From positions 38,130-102,129 of IMG/VR virus record IMGVR_UViG_3300032248_000171: a stretch of 64,000 nt of DNA. One strand, given 5' to 3'. Shown piece after piece: positions 38,301 through 46,699 of the stretch (position 1 is its first letter; each line of letters begins with the position of its first letter). Under the pieces are notes generated by a model, which did no database searches, was not told where the DNA came from, and saw nothing but the letters and a program-made list of their open reading frames with translations. This DNA is from a virus (Duplodnaviria; Caudoviricetes). The position numbers and the translations under genes were made by a program.

Positions 38301-39579
38301 ATGCTACTGGCGTAATAATTGGCGATTTGTAAGATTGAAAGTTTGCTGTGTTTATATCCCATACAGTTTCTAGATCTATTTCATAAATAAAATCTCTTTG
38401 ATTGCCAATTAAATATAATTTTGTTCCAGCATCACTAAACGCTACTCCTTTAATATCATTATCTGATGCTCCTGTAGTTCCAAAGTCAAATAATTGAGTA
38501 GATAAATCAATTGATTTGGAGTCATATGTTGCACCAGAAATATCCCATGCAGTAGACAAAGAAAATTGATATAGGAACAGGTTTCCTCCACTACTGTTAA
38601 CAGTCCAATATTTTAATCCATCGGGTTTAAAATGGAGACCTTTATACCCAGTAGTTTTAGAATCTGCTTGAGTGGTTTTATTAGTAAAACTAGTTACATT
38701 ATTTCCACGATAGGCAGTTCCCAAATTTAATTGAGTAACTTGTCCGTCATCTCGCATAACGTATAATTTATTGCCACTATCACCATATATTGTACCTGTT
38801 GAATTGGTGGCACTACTTATAGACAAATCATAAACATCCACAGCATTTGATGCGGTGGTTACATCCCATGCCACAGAGAGATTATATTTTATTATACCTT
38901 TATCATTAGTATTGTTATCTCCAAGATACATTTTAGTTCCATCTGAACTAAATGTTAATGATGATAAATTATTAAAATGAGTATATTTTTTGACGGAATC
39001 ATATATAGATGCAGATAGATTCCATTGGTTTGTTACACCATTTCCGACAGCATAGCTATGAACTATTCCATCAGTTCCGTTGATGGTAAATAATCTAGAA
39101 CCATCCGACTTAAATACAAGAGCAGCTCCAGTTGTATTTGCTTGTGCCGTCAGTGTATTTGTTAAAGACAAATTGGTTATATCATATGGACCATTAACAC
39201 AGGTGTATTGATAAATTGTTGTGCTATTACTAGTATACAAAAAATTTCCAGAGTTTCCAAAAGTAACAGCAGTAGGATTATTTGGTAAACTAAAAGTATC
39301 TATATCTGGCGTTAAACTACTTGGATCAAATGGCACAGAAGCTCTAAACTGGTAGATATAATCTCCCAATCCACAAAGAAGTGCTTTTGTGCCACCATAA
39401 TTAAAAATAAATGATTGTTCAGTAGTCTCTACAGCAGGCCAAAATTTTGAAGAACTTTTTGCAAAAGTATATTTTTCTATTTGACCAATAGTTTTGTTTA
39501 CATATATCTGATCTTCTAGATCCCAAACACCAGAAATTTTATTAAAATTATAATTTCCGCCAATCTGTTTTAAACTCAT
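32329..39579 (-). CDS. 2416-aa multi-beta-propeller repeat protein (probable virion adhesin/fibre)
   Basis: Dozens of ~50-aa repeats of the form F..DG.K.Y..G...D.IYQY.LSTAWDI.TA; AT-rich. Confidence 0.8.
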   Translation of the reverse strand: MSLKQIGGNYNFNKISGVWDLEDQIYVNKTIGQIEKYTFAKSSSKFWPAVETTEQSFIFNYGGTKALLCGLGDYIYQFRASVPFDPSSLTPDIDTFSLPNNPTAVTFGNSGNFLYTSNSTTIYQYTCVNGPYDITNLSLTNTLTAQANTTGAALVFKSDGSRLFTINGTDGIVHSYAVGNGVTNQWNLSASIYDSVKKYTHFNNLSSLTFSSDGTKMYLGDNNTNDKGIIKYNLSVAWDVTTASNAVDVYDLSISSATNSTGTIYGDSGNKLYVMRDDGQVTQLNLGTAYRGNNVTSFTNKTTQADSKTTGYKGLHFKPDGLKYWTVNSSGGNLFLYQFSLSTAWDISGATYDSKSIDLSTQLFDFGTTGASDNDIKGVAFSDAGTKLYLIGNQRDFIYEIDLETVWDINTANFQSYKSPIITPVASPNHCDVTYGNSGNNLYVVISNAPAKIHQYTLSTAFNIRRLTDPSKSKDISAQTTSPKAVRFNSTGTKMFVLGTGASTATVYQYTLSSAWDVSTATYDSVSFSVYTQATDPRGFAFKDDGTKMYVADRTNDIIYQYNIPTGFNLASSVTYDTISLNISSADTNVGGIIFGDSGNKLYITGETNDTIRQYNLSTAWNVSTGTLQSTPVSISLIYANPSGIDISSDGKTIIVSGGDGASLYSNVTAIKLPTAWDISSFAASVKRRSVSPQFTTSGLAIGDSDDKVYYGDNTTNGLTAIQRIDLTTAGYIAGGGTSNAGYSRAYGTTIEDVSISGNGSYLAYVSANKLYVLNLTTAYDITSFKDDFYETGYTSSALQISSDGTKIYNFDGVSASKLLYRYPLPTPYDVDSIATFTNKNTVSLTHLLEDPNTSKVWSDIFLSPDGNSLYILDASSYQIAKLKFGTAYDESTLFSYFQSFPNPKCIRFNSSGTSLFILSSTSTIVQWSLPTAFDIVKYTNVGSLSVAIDNDFKSFTVSIDSSKLYVLGDETNKIYEYRMKTPNDITTGYYFDKLNVSALASNPYTVTFGDSGRKVYVLNNTDDTIYQYTIPIQYDAWDIINAVYDNKSFSVTGLDADPQDIRFMPDGKSFIMLGLNAPRLIQVYVETAWDISTAWNNKSKSISTQDAGGAAALSFGDSGKKMYVVGNNNDRIYQYSMPLSGENTTWDISGSTYDNKSFVLPESAIVGAHLNPSSFVNSNGDTIPAGTRLLMMGDGSNAFYQRTLSTPWDISTAYALKTNTGAKSYDFSNPTTGVLKNLKFGGSGTDQGKKLYILGDTRDCIIQYALSTAYDLDTASYVARYDIVGQNLSAATLNDISFNDTGTRVYIVDDSNNRIIEFRMTTAWDITTATFVPTKTWPNVNNTNATGIAFNSGEGSGQAGKKLYVSDITDSSIYQYELSTSWDINTLTNTSPSAKVLNLSGIDTGIQSVDLSSDGTRLYILGFGNDRVYERKLTTAWDITTAVSPYTSQSFASQVVSASAFTFGGSGADEGKKLYVLCSNNDAIYQYTLSTAWDITTATYDNKSFVYGNETSATGFDISRDGEKLYIIGTTNDRIYQYSLQTPWDISTGLYDNKSLLVSGASGTMNSLKISSDGEWIALTDTTADDVFIYDLTVQSGKLWGNIDTATQNTAVVRDVSSETSPTGVAIAYGSGVTEGTTFYIVGDGTDTIRKYTSATAWTGSWSEVTTSALNIGASVISLLSAADICVSKGGNYIYVLDTNIIYRFTMETAHESKTANIGSVYIGTQDTSATEIRFSSDGTKMFMLGNLNDDIYRYDLAKAWVASSAIFVSGSVISPETNVFGFDISSDGTKYYIVGATEIIREYIPSAAYGTTLSTGTTKDIEWIMSLDAESIKFSNDGLRVFVCDAGKIYQFDLDTAFDISSLNMQYYNAGLEDSSPAAITFKPDGTRMIMAGALNDTIRTYTLNFPWNISSATLTNTSPTLAETAATGIAFNSDGSKFYIIGQGSAPDAIRQYNASNYAITNATVVKQTDLVNYANPFGLAISHTGKQLFTITANYDIIQLELDAAFEIDSIYIDQISESIDATPLNFFVDKDGLRGLFFGSTGDTIRALSFSYKWNINGYTNSSTQSTVPGATVTGIWWSDDGTQVLMADQVTDKIHRYTFGTAWNVTTISSTNSTKTYNLAHDLNPNSLAFNTDGTMMYYIDSLSVIRQIPLKTAYFPDTAYSATLITSGQDGTPKSFCMNSTGSRLFLLGQTNDNIFRYDFGENYSVATLAYATSSVSISTRDSQGTGLECNSDASKFWLVGATNDTIYQLSNSTPNALGTLTLDTSYATTRTDTTPNGLKLSNDGTKLYFTGLDNDTVYQINLTTANTLVGFDERSFNVASQSTTLKSISIDKDGKYLYVYGGEALFQYDISINGSLANASYGNKLLYIGTAVGGPVTPIDFSMSLNGYYFYLLDQNLDNVRVYTTPLF

Positions 39580-39947
39580 TATGCTATCTCCTCATATCCT
39601 ACAATTATACTGATAGCATTTGCTAATCCAGCAGTAGCACGGAGACTATCTCCTTCTTCCAAATAAAAATAAGTTTCTTTGGTTGAAATTATTTGGGTTG
39701 CATCTGCAGGAACAGAGACGGTGTACACAATATAATTATCAACACTTCCATTGTAAACACTAATGCTTATATCAGCAGGTGATGTTCCATTAACATTTGC
39801 TGCAAAAATACTATTAATTTTTAAAACTTTTCCACTATTGGCAAGATTTACAACTCCAGTAATAGTGGTAATGTTAGTAGTTGGCAAAATAATTCTTGCC
39901 GTTTTACCTGTAATGATGGTTGGGTTTTTAAGATTAGGTGCGGCCAT
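39579..39947 (-). CDS. Small beta-rich protein upstream of the giant repeat gene
   Basis: MAAPNL...GKT...VSVPADAT...YLEEGDSL; TAATG-coupled to both neighbours. Confidence 0.75.
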   Translation of the reverse strand: MAAPNLKNPTIITGKTARIILPTTNITTITGVVNLANSGKVLKINSIFAANVNGTSPADISISVYNGSVDNYIVYTVSVPADATQIISTKETYFYLEEGDSLRATAGLANAISIIVGYEEIA

Positions 39948-40174
39948 TAGAATATCATCCCCATCATTACTGGACTTATATCAGAACTACTACCAGTAGA
40001 AGCAGTGACCCATAGAGTTCCTGATACTGTTGATGAAAGAACTTGCCCTAAAGATCCTGCAGCACCTGTAGAATCAAGTAGCGCAGAACCAAACAAATTT
40101 AATGAATCTCCAGATTTAAGTTCTTCTATTCTATTATTGGTAGTATCAAAAGTTAAAGGAAAGCGATTTGCCAT
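39947..40174 (-). CDS. Small tail-fibre-like protein
   Basis: MANRFPL...IEELKSGDSLNL...GSLGQVLSST..GTLW, a fibre-type GQVL..W motif. Confidence 0.65.
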   Translation of the reverse strand: MANRFPLTFDTTNNRIEELKSGDSLNLFGSALLDSTGAAGSLGQVLSSTVSGTLWVTASTGSSSDISPVMMGMIF

Positions 40175-40201
40175 TATACGACTTAGTGCCTTATTTAAAT
40201 A

Positions 40202-40209
40202 TATTTATA
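40202..40209 (-). promoter_or_regulatory. T4-type late promoter for the minus-strand cassette
   Basis: Plus strand TATTTATA reads TATAAATA on the minus strand. Confidence 0.7.
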
Positions 40210-40215
40210 AAGGGC

Positions 40216-40279
40216 TTGACAGCAGCGACCACCCGTGCTATGATAAATAAATGTTAAGGAATCAACACATTCCTTAACA
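40216..40279 (+). promoter_or_regulatory. psbA promoter and 5' leader hairpin
   Basis: TTGACA-N17-TATGAT overlapping GATAAATA; perfect 11-bp inverted repeat TGTTAAGGAAT/ATTCCTTAACA at 40252-40279. Confidence 0.7.
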
Positions 40280-40308
40280 ATACTTAAATCACTACTCGGA
40301 GTTATTCA

Positions 40309-41388
40309 ATGACTGCTACCATCGCCCAACGCAATGGAAGCAATACATGGGAACAGTTCTGCGAGTGGGTTACCTCTACCAACAATCGTTTGTATGTTGG
40401 GTGGTTCGGAACTCTTATGATTCCTACCCTGCTTGCTGCTACTATCTGTTTCATTGTTGCTTTTATCGCCGCACCCCCCGTTGATATCGACGGAATCCGT
40501 GAACCTGTTGCTGGTTCACTCATGTATGGAAACAACATCATTTCTGGTGCTGTCGTTCCATCTTCCAATGCTATTGGTCTTCACTTCTATCCCATCTGGG
40601 AAGCTGCTTCACTAGACGAATGGCTATATAATGGTGGACCATTTCAACTGGTCGTCTTCCACTTTCTAATTGGTATCTATGCCTACATGGGTCGTGAATG
40701 GGAACTCTCTTACCGATTGGGTATGCGTCCTTGGATTTGTGTTGCCTACAGCGCACCCGTTGCTGCTGCTAGCGCAGTTTTCCTCGTCTATCCCTTTGGG
40801 CAAGGTTCCTTCTCTGATGCCATGCCGCTCGGCATTAGTGGAACATTTAACTACATGCTTGTTTTTCAGGCGGAGCATAACATCCTCATGCACCCCTTCC
40901 ATATGCTTGGGGTGGCTGGTGTATTTGGCGGTTCTCTTTTCTCTGCTATGCATGGATCTCTGGTCACTAGTTCACTCGTTCGTGAGACAACTGAAACCGA
41001 ATCCCAGAACTACGGATACAAGTTTGGGCAAGAAGAAGAAACATACAACATCGTAGCTGCTCATGGATACTTTGGTCGTTTGATTTTTCAATATGCATCC
41101 TTTAACAATAGTCGTAGCCTTCACTTCTTTCTGGCTGCTTGGCCTGTTGTTGGTATTTGGTTCACTGCTCTTGGCGTGTCTACTATGGCCTTTAACCTTA
41201 ATGGTTTCAATTTCAATCAATCTATTGTGGACAGTCAAAATCGTGTCGTCCCAACTTGGGCTGACATCCTTAACAAAGCAGGACTTGGAATGGAAGTCAT
41301 GCATGAACGAAATGCTCACAACTTCCCCTTGGATCTTGCCGCCGCTGAATCCACGCAAGTGGCTCTCACCGCGCCATCTATCGGTTGA
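40309..41388 (+). CDS. psbA: Photosystem II D1 protein
   Basis: [30 protein letters not shown]; uninterrupted; Gln at position 130. Confidence 0.99.
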   Translation: MTATIAQRNGSNTWEQFCEWVTSTNNRLYVGWFGTLMIPTLLAATICFIVAFIAAPPVDIDGIREPVAGSLMYGNNIISGAVVPSSNAIGLHFYPIWEAASLDEWLYNGGPFQLVVFHFLIGIYAYMGREWELSYRLGMRPWICVAYSAPVAAASAVFLVYPFGQGSFSDAMPLGISGTFNYMLVFQAEHNILMHPFHMLGVAGVFGGSLFSAMHGSLVTSSLVRETTETESQNYGYKFGQEEETYNIVAAHGYFGRLIFQYASFNNSRSLHFFLAAWPVVGIWFTALGVSTMAFNLNGFNFNQSIVDSQNRVVPTWADILNKAGLGMEVMHERNAHNFPLDLAAAESTQVALTAPSIG

Positions 41389-41413
41389 TACCTTCTGAGG
41401 TATAAATCAAATC

Positions 41414-41437
41414 AATCCCCTTCGGGGGATTTTTTTA
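41414..41437 (+). terminator. psbA terminator
   Basis: AATCCCC-ttcg-GGGGATT followed by a T-tract. Confidence 0.85.
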
Positions 41438-41473
41438 TGCTTATTAATAAATACCAATAAGTCGCAAGCACTT

Positions 41474-41851
41474 ATGGTTCCCTTACATTCGCCTAAGGAC
41501 TATCTGTTTAATCTTCATACAGCATCTAAGAATGAAGCAAAACGATTATGGAGACAGAATATAAAAGATGCTTGGAACAACGAATGTGCTTATTGTAAGT
41601 CAGAAGAAAATATTACACTAGACCACATCCTACCGCAGTGTAAGGGCGGTCTAGACATCAAAACAAATGTGGTAGCATGTTGCCATTCATGTAACCAATC
41701 TAAGGGGCATACTGCTTGGGAAGAATGGTATTACAGTCAGTATTTCTTTTCTCATGAGAACTATGAGAAGATTAATAACTGGATGAAACCAGAAGCACCA
41801 TCTAATGTGTATCGATACCCCAGAAGAAAACTCATTCCGCCCACCGCTTGA
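41474..41851 (+). CDS. HNH endonuclease
   Basis: CAYC...TLDHILPQCKGG...NVVACCHSCNQSKG. Confidence 0.92.
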   Translation: MVPLHSPKDYLFNLHTASKNEAKRLWRQNIKDAWNNECAYCKSEENITLDHILPQCKGGLDIKTNVVACCHSCNQSKGHTAWEEWYYSQYFFSHENYEKINNWMKPEAPSNVYRYPRRKLIPPTA

Positions 41852-41907
41852 CAGGCGTTTGAAAATCAGGTAGAATAGGTCACAAGGAATTTACCCCTCT
41901 CTTTACT

Positions 41908-42159
41908 ATGAAAAATAAAATGATAGCGGTAGCAATGTTTTCACCTTTTCTTTTTGTGAATTCAGCATTTGCTCAGTATTACCAGCAAGCCCAATACAAT
42001 CCAGGAACAGTAGTTACTAATTCGAATCAACCAGTGATCGTTCCACCCACTGTTATTATGCCATCTGAACAAAATTCTTCCAAGAAATCTTGTAGGCAAA
42101 ACGTAATTGATTTGTTTTTGTTTAGGTGGAGTACAACTGCTGGAGATTGCACTCCATAA
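41908..42159 (+). CDS. Small exported protein
   Basis: Signal peptide ending SAFA/QY; one Cys pair. Confidence 0.6.
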   Translation: MKNKMIAVAMFSPFLFVNSAFAQYYQQAQYNPGTVVTNSNQPVIVPPTVIMPSEQNSSKKSCRQNVIDLFLFRWSTTAGDCTP

Positions 42160-42201
42160 TCGTTGACTTTATGAGGCAAATCTGATACACTGGGGGAGCA
42201 T

Positions 42202-42411
42202 ATGCTCTCCTTTTTTATGGAAACTTTTGAACAAACTTGTTACAAACCATATGATAGGCATGATTATAAATTAGTTTTTACTAATAACACATCAAAAATC
42301 TTTGATAACTATATGGATGTGCAAGCAGTATGGTTTCAAACAGCTAAGCAATTCGTAAGTCACATTGAAGTATTGAATAAAAAGAAAAAAACTAACCCAA
42401 AAGGATTCTAA
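42202..42411 (+). CDS. Conserved cyanophage hypothetical protein
   Basis: KPYDRHDYKL...KGF. Confidence 0.7.
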   Translation: MLSFFMETFEQTCYKPYDRHDYKLVFTNNTSKIFDNYMDVQAVWFQTAKQFVSHIEVLNKKKKTNPKGF

Positions 42412-42435
42412 ATAAACACGATAACTGGAGATAAC

Positions 42436-42789
42436 TTGATGGAACAGGAAGTGCTGGGTGTTCATCACATTGCAGAATTGTGTCAATGTAATGCCGAACT
42501 CTTAAACAACTCTGAATACATTAGCACTTCCCTAAGGCAAGCAGTGCAACATGCGAATGCCACATTACTTGAAGAAGTTAAATACGAATTCACCCCACAA
42601 GGAATCACTGCATTGTGTCTGCTATCAGAAAGTCACATCAGTATTCATACGTGGCCAGAGAAACACTATGCTGCCGTTGACATCTTTACCTGTGGAGACC
42701 ACACCATGCCAGACAAGGCTTGCCAATTCATGGTAGATGCGTTAGAATGCAAGCAACCAAAAATGACCGTATTGAAACGAGGTATCTAA
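42436..42789 (+). CDS. speD: S-adenosylmethionine decarboxylase proenzyme
   Basis: LLSESHISIHTWPE...DIFTCG. Confidence 0.93.
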   Translation: MMEQEVLGVHHIAELCQCNAELLNNSEYISTSLRQAVQHANATLLEEVKYEFTPQGITALCLLSESHISIHTWPEKHYAAVDIFTCGDHTMPDKACQFMVDALECKQPKMTVLKRGI

Positions 42790-43040
42790 TGGAAATCATA
42801 GCTTATACTCTAGAAAATTGCCCTTCATGTGGATATTTAAAAGAACTTTTTAATAGAGCAAATGTAGATTACAATGAAGTGGTAGTAAGAAAAGATATTA
42901 CGGTTGAAGAATTTGGTCAACTTTATCCTGGCATTGGTAATTTCCCATATGTAATAATTGATGGAGAAGTTGTGGGTGATTTGCTATCAGTAGCTAAACT
43001 CTTTGTGCAAAAGGGATTGGTAAGTTCTAAGAAGGAATGA
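42789..43040 (+). CDS. Glutaredoxin-like protein
   Basis: CPSC and FPYVIIDG. Confidence 0.8.
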   Translation: MEIIAYTLENCPSCGYLKELFNRANVDYNEVVVRKDITVEEFGQLYPGIGNFPYVIIDGEVVGDLLSVAKLFVQKGLVSSKKE

Positions 43041-43423
43041 TGATGGCAATTCTTGAAGACATCTCTGATATCGTAAACAAAGCTATTGACCTTGCTTTTA
43101 TAGAAGAAAAATATCAATTAAATTTTTATAGTTATCTTCAAGGAGAACAATGCAAACGGTCTGCTGTGTTGCAATTTATTAATTCTGGTTTAGGATTGGC
43201 GTTAGCAAATCAGATAGAAGAAATCGATGTGTACCTTGAAGGTGGGGAAACAGCAGCATTTGTTCGTGAATCTTATAGTTGGATGGGTAAACCTCGTGCT
43301 CGTAAAGTGCGAGACTATTTGAATAAAATTCTAGAGGATGCTCAAAAATATGAACAATCAAAACGACCAGGAAGAAAACCTGGAAGCAAGAATAAAAACA
43401 AACCAACAGTTACAACTAAATAA
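43037..43423 (+). CDS. Conserved cyanophage hypothetical protein
   Basis: YLEGG...RESYSWMGKPRARKVRDYL. Confidence 0.75.
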   Translation: MMMAILEDISDIVNKAIDLAFIEEKYQLNFYSYLQGEQCKRSAVLQFINSGLGLALANQIEEIDVYLEGGETAAFVRESYSWMGKPRARKVRDYLNKILEDAQKYEQSKRPGRKPGSKNKNKPTVTTK

Positions 43424-43575
43424 AGGTATAGAATTCATGCTGCGTAGGAGGGTTGATAAAATCAAACCTAAACATGAATTCAAACTGAGTAAAACATTCA
43501 GCCTCCTACGCAGAACATTCCATTTAAATTTGGGGTTCTCTTGGGAGGTTGACAAACCAACAAGAGGGTAGTAAG

Positions 43576-43818
43576 ATGGAGTCAGCAACACCATACATCC
43601 TGTTCTTCTGTGGAGCAGGTATCATCGGTTCATTTGTTATCGGGTTTATGCTTGGATGGTTCGGAAACGATATTGTCTATGCTTTTCTAAACAAGAATAG
43701 GATTCAACCAATGCATCCTGAAATGTTTGATGAACATGGTAATGTAGTTCCAGATGAAGTTATTGCTTTTAGATTCGAAAACGCAGACGATTCAGAGGAG
43801 TACGACGACGAGGATTAA
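43576..43818 (+). CDS. Single-TM conserved cyanophage protein
   Basis: TM segment followed by HPEMFDEHGN and an acidic tail. Confidence 0.75.
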   Translation: MESATPYILFFCGAGIIGSFVIGFMLGWFGNDIVYAFLNKNRIQPMHPEMFDEHGNVVPDEVIAFRFENADDSEEYDDED

Positions 43819-44721
43819 ATGATTCTAATTGATATGAATCAGATTATGATTAGTAATCTGATGATGCAGATGAAAGGTGATGCTCTTAACGAAAATCTTG
43901 TTAGGCATATGGTGCTCACAGCATTGCGAGCATTCGAACGACAATACTCTCCCATGTATGGTGAAGTAGTATTAGCATATGATTCCAAACACTATTGGCG
44001 TAAGGAAGCATTCCCTTATTATAAACAGAATAGAAAGAAAGATCGTGAAGCATCTGATTTAGATTGGGGAGCGATCTTTGAGGTCTTGAATAAGATTCGA
44101 GATGAGATTAAGAACTTCTTTCCATACAAAGTAGTTGAGGTTTATGGTGCAGAAGCAGACGATGTTATCAGCACACTCACTACCTTCCAAGCATACAAAA
44201 ACATTAAGCTCGAGAAGCAAGGGAAAGAAGCAGAGAAAGTTTTGATTCTTTCTGGCGATAAAGATTTTATACAACTTCAGAAGTATCCCTTTGTGAAGCA
44301 GTATAATCCTATTCTTAAGAAAGAAATTAAACACGACAACCCTAGAGAATATATTTTAGAACATATTATCAAGGGTGATAAGTCAGATGGTATACCTAAC
44401 TTCCTATCTGATGACGACACATTCGTGGCAAACAAAAGACAGAAACCTATAAGTAAGAAAAACTTAGAAAAATGGGTGACACTATCACCATCGGATTTCT
44501 GTTTAAGTAAAGAAGCATTGGAAAACTACGCGCGTAATAAGAATCTTATTGACCTTGATTGTATACCAGAGCATCTAGCAGTAGAAATTGTAAGTTATTA
44601 CAAGGCACTAAATAATTCTGAAAAGAAAGTTCCACTAGAATACTTTCAACAGCATCAACTCACCAAGTTGATGGAGGAATTTGTATTTCGTAACACACAA
44701 CCACAATTTAACTTGAACTGA
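43819..44721 (+). CDS. rnh: T4 RNase H (5'-3' flap exonuclease)
   Basis: AEADDVI, LSGDKDFIQL and KGDKSDGIPN. Confidence 0.95.
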   Translation: MILIDMNQIMISNLMMQMKGDALNENLVRHMVLTALRAFERQYSPMYGEVVLAYDSKHYWRKEAFPYYKQNRKKDREASDLDWGAIFEVLNKIRDEIKNFFPYKVVEVYGAEADDVISTLTTFQAYKNIKLEKQGKEAEKVLILSGDKDFIQLQKYPFVKQYNPILKKEIKHDNPREYILEHIIKGDKSDGIPNFLSDDDTFVANKRQKPISKKNLEKWVTLSPSDFCLSKEALENYARNKNLIDLDCIPEHLAVEIVSYYKALNNSEKKVPLEYFQQHQLTKLMEEFVFRNTQPQFNLN

Positions 44722-44722
44722 T

Positions 44723-45172
44723 ATGGCAACTGATACTTATAGACCTTTGATTTCGGAAGTTCTTCGCAAGGTCAACAACGCTAAAACTAAAAAAGAAAAG
44801 ACAGAACTTCTACTCAAATACAATACCCAAACTCTTCGTAGTTTGCTTATTTGGAACTTTGATGAGAGTGTAAAGTCAGCACTTCCAGAAGGTGATGTTC
44901 CTTTTACTAAGAACCCAGCACCAGAAGGAACTGACCACATTCTTTTGGAGAATGAAGTTAAGAAGTTCTTCTACTTTATTGAAGGTGCTTCTACTATCTC
45001 TAAAACTAAGCGAGAGCAAATCTTCTTAGGCATGATTGAATCACTACATCCTGATGAAGCAGAAGTTTTGATTCTTGTTAAGGATAAGAACCTCCAGAAG
45101 AAGTTTACTCGTATCTCACGAGCTCTTATTGAAGAGACCTTCCCCCAAATCAAATGGGGAGGTCGCAGTTAA
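44723..45172 (+). CDS. Conserved T4-like hypothetical protein
   Basis: LPEGDVPF...LHPDEAEVL. Confidence 0.8.
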   Translation: MATDTYRPLISEVLRKVNNAKTKKEKTELLLKYNTQTLRSLLIWNFDESVKSALPEGDVPFTKNPAPEGTDHILLENEVKKFFYFIEGASTISKTKREQIFLGMIESLHPDEAEVLILVKDKNLQKKFTRISRALIEETFPQIKWGGRS

Positions 45173-45426
45173 TGAAAATTCTCCATGAGAATTGTGACCC
45201 TAAACTAGCAGACGATAGAGGATTGCCTTACACGGCATACCTTGTTGAATACGAGATTGATGGAGCAAAGGCATTCGATATAGTTATTCCCGATAAAAAA
45301 GTAGAAATCTTTGATTATTATTGGGATAGATATCGTGAGGGATTGAAGGGATGGAAACAATCTGAAGGCAGAGTTAATCCAAAACTTTGGGGAGTGCAAC
45401 CAAAAGAAACCAAAAAGAAGAGGTAA
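45172..45426 (+). CDS. Conserved cyanophage hypothetical protein
   Basis: LPYTAYLV...FDYYWD...GRVNPKLW. Confidence 0.75.
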   Translation: MKILHENCDPKLADDRGLPYTAYLVEYEIDGAKAFDIVIPDKKVEIFDYYWDRYREGLKGWKQSEGRVNPKLWGVQPKETKKKR

Positions 45427-45428
45427 CA

Positions 45429-45821
45429 ATGGCAATCGTAATTACCAATGCAGGCAAACAAAAAGCATTGGAATATTTTGTGGGTAAAGATAACTCCACA
45501 GAATCTTTAATTTTAAAACTTTATAGCAATAATATCTCTCCAGAAAGAGATGATACTCTTGATTTATATACAGAAGTAACTGGTGGTGGTTATGTTTCTA
45601 AAGCATTGACACCTGCCAGCTGGTCTATTACTGATGGCACAGCAGAATATCCACAGCAAGTGTGGACATTTACTGGTGCTGCTAGCACAGTTTATGGATA
45701 CTATGCTGTTTCTGCTACCAGTAATGAACTTATGTTTGCAGAAAGATTTGCTAGTGGACCATACACCATCACCACATCTGGAGATATCATTCGAGTAACA
45801 CTTAACCTATCTTTAATTTAA
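45429..45821 (+). CDS. Hypothetical protein, structural-like
   Basis: LKLYSNN...VYGYY...FAERF. Confidence 0.65.
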   Translation: MAIVITNAGKQKALEYFVGKDNSTESLILKLYSNNISPERDDTLDLYTEVTGGGYVSKALTPASWSITDGTAEYPQQVWTFTGAASTVYGYYAVSATSNELMFAERFASGPYTITTSGDIIRVTLNLSLI

Positions 45822-45822
45822 C

Positions 45823-46017
45823 ATGACTGAACAAACTATTGACATTGAAGCACAAGAAGTGGTAGAATTACCTGAGGTAGAACCACAAACTCCTTTCATT
45901 AACACTAAGATTAATGAGAAGGAGTTGAAAAAAGTTATGAAAAGATACAAGCGTTATCGCAAATCTACCCTTGCCGAAGTTCGTCGTCTAGATGGTGCCC
46001 CCCAATATGAATTCTGA
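45823..46017 (+). CDS. Hypothetical protein
   Basis: ORF with acidic N-terminus and basic C-terminus. Confidence 0.55.
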   Translation: MTEQTIDIEAQEVVELPEVEPQTPFINTKINEKELKKVMKRYKRYRKSTLAEVRRLDGAPQYEF

Positions 46018-46672
46018 AATTAAACTTATTTCTATCACTCAAGGTGCTGGAGAATTAGTTGAACAAACCGCGCAAGAAGTAATCTCTTACATTGCTCGTG
46101 TGAGTAATCCAAACAATCAACTGAACTTTGATACTGCTGCTGGTCTTCTTCGCTACTGCATCAAGCACAAGCATTGGAGCCCATTCGAACATGCTTACAT
46201 GACTCTAGAGATTAATACCAATAGAGGAATTGCTCCACAGATTTTGCGCCATAGGAGTTTTACATTTCAAGAGTTTTCACAGAGGTATGCTGATACTAAT
46301 CTGTTGACCGAAGATATTCCTTTGCCTGAACTTCGTAGACAGGATACAAAGAATCGTCAGAATTCTATTGATGACCTTGACCCTGAGTTAGTCAACGCAT
46401 TTCAAACTAGAAATCGTATGCTATTTGCTGAGGCATCCGAGCTCTACAGCGACATGGTTGAGGCAGGAGTTGCTAAGGAGTGTGCTCGCTTTGCCCTGCC
46501 CTTAGCGGTGCCTACACGCCTCTACATGACTGGTTCGTGCCGTTCTTGGGTACACTACATCGACCTGCGCTCTGCCAACGGCACTCAGAAGGAGCACATG
46601 GATATCGCTGAGGGATGTAAGGAAATCTTTAAGACCCAGTTCCCAACGGTTGCGGAAGCACTGGAATGGTGA
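46007..46672 (+). CDS. thyX: Flavin-dependent thymidylate synthase
   Basis: HWSPFEH and RHRSFTFQEFSQRY. Confidence 0.96.
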   Translation: MNSEIKLISITQGAGELVEQTAQEVISYIARVSNPNNQLNFDTAAGLLRYCIKHKHWSPFEHAYMTLEINTNRGIAPQILRHRSFTFQEFSQRYADTNLLTEDIPLPELRRQDTKNRQNSIDDLDPELVNAFQTRNRMLFAEASELYSDMVEAGVAKECARFALPLAVPTRLYMTGSCRSWVHYIDLRSANGTQKEHMDIAEGCKEIFKTQFPTVAEALEW

Positions 46673-46699
46673 TATACTAGGGTCACTACCAAAGACCCT

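Noticed and set aside
32329-39579. CRISPR array or diversity-generating retroelement in the repetitive region
   Set aside because: The repeats are degenerate protein-level repeats (ATATCCCA encodes W-D-I on the minus strand). There are no identical repeat-spacer units, and no cas or reverse transcriptase gene in the window.
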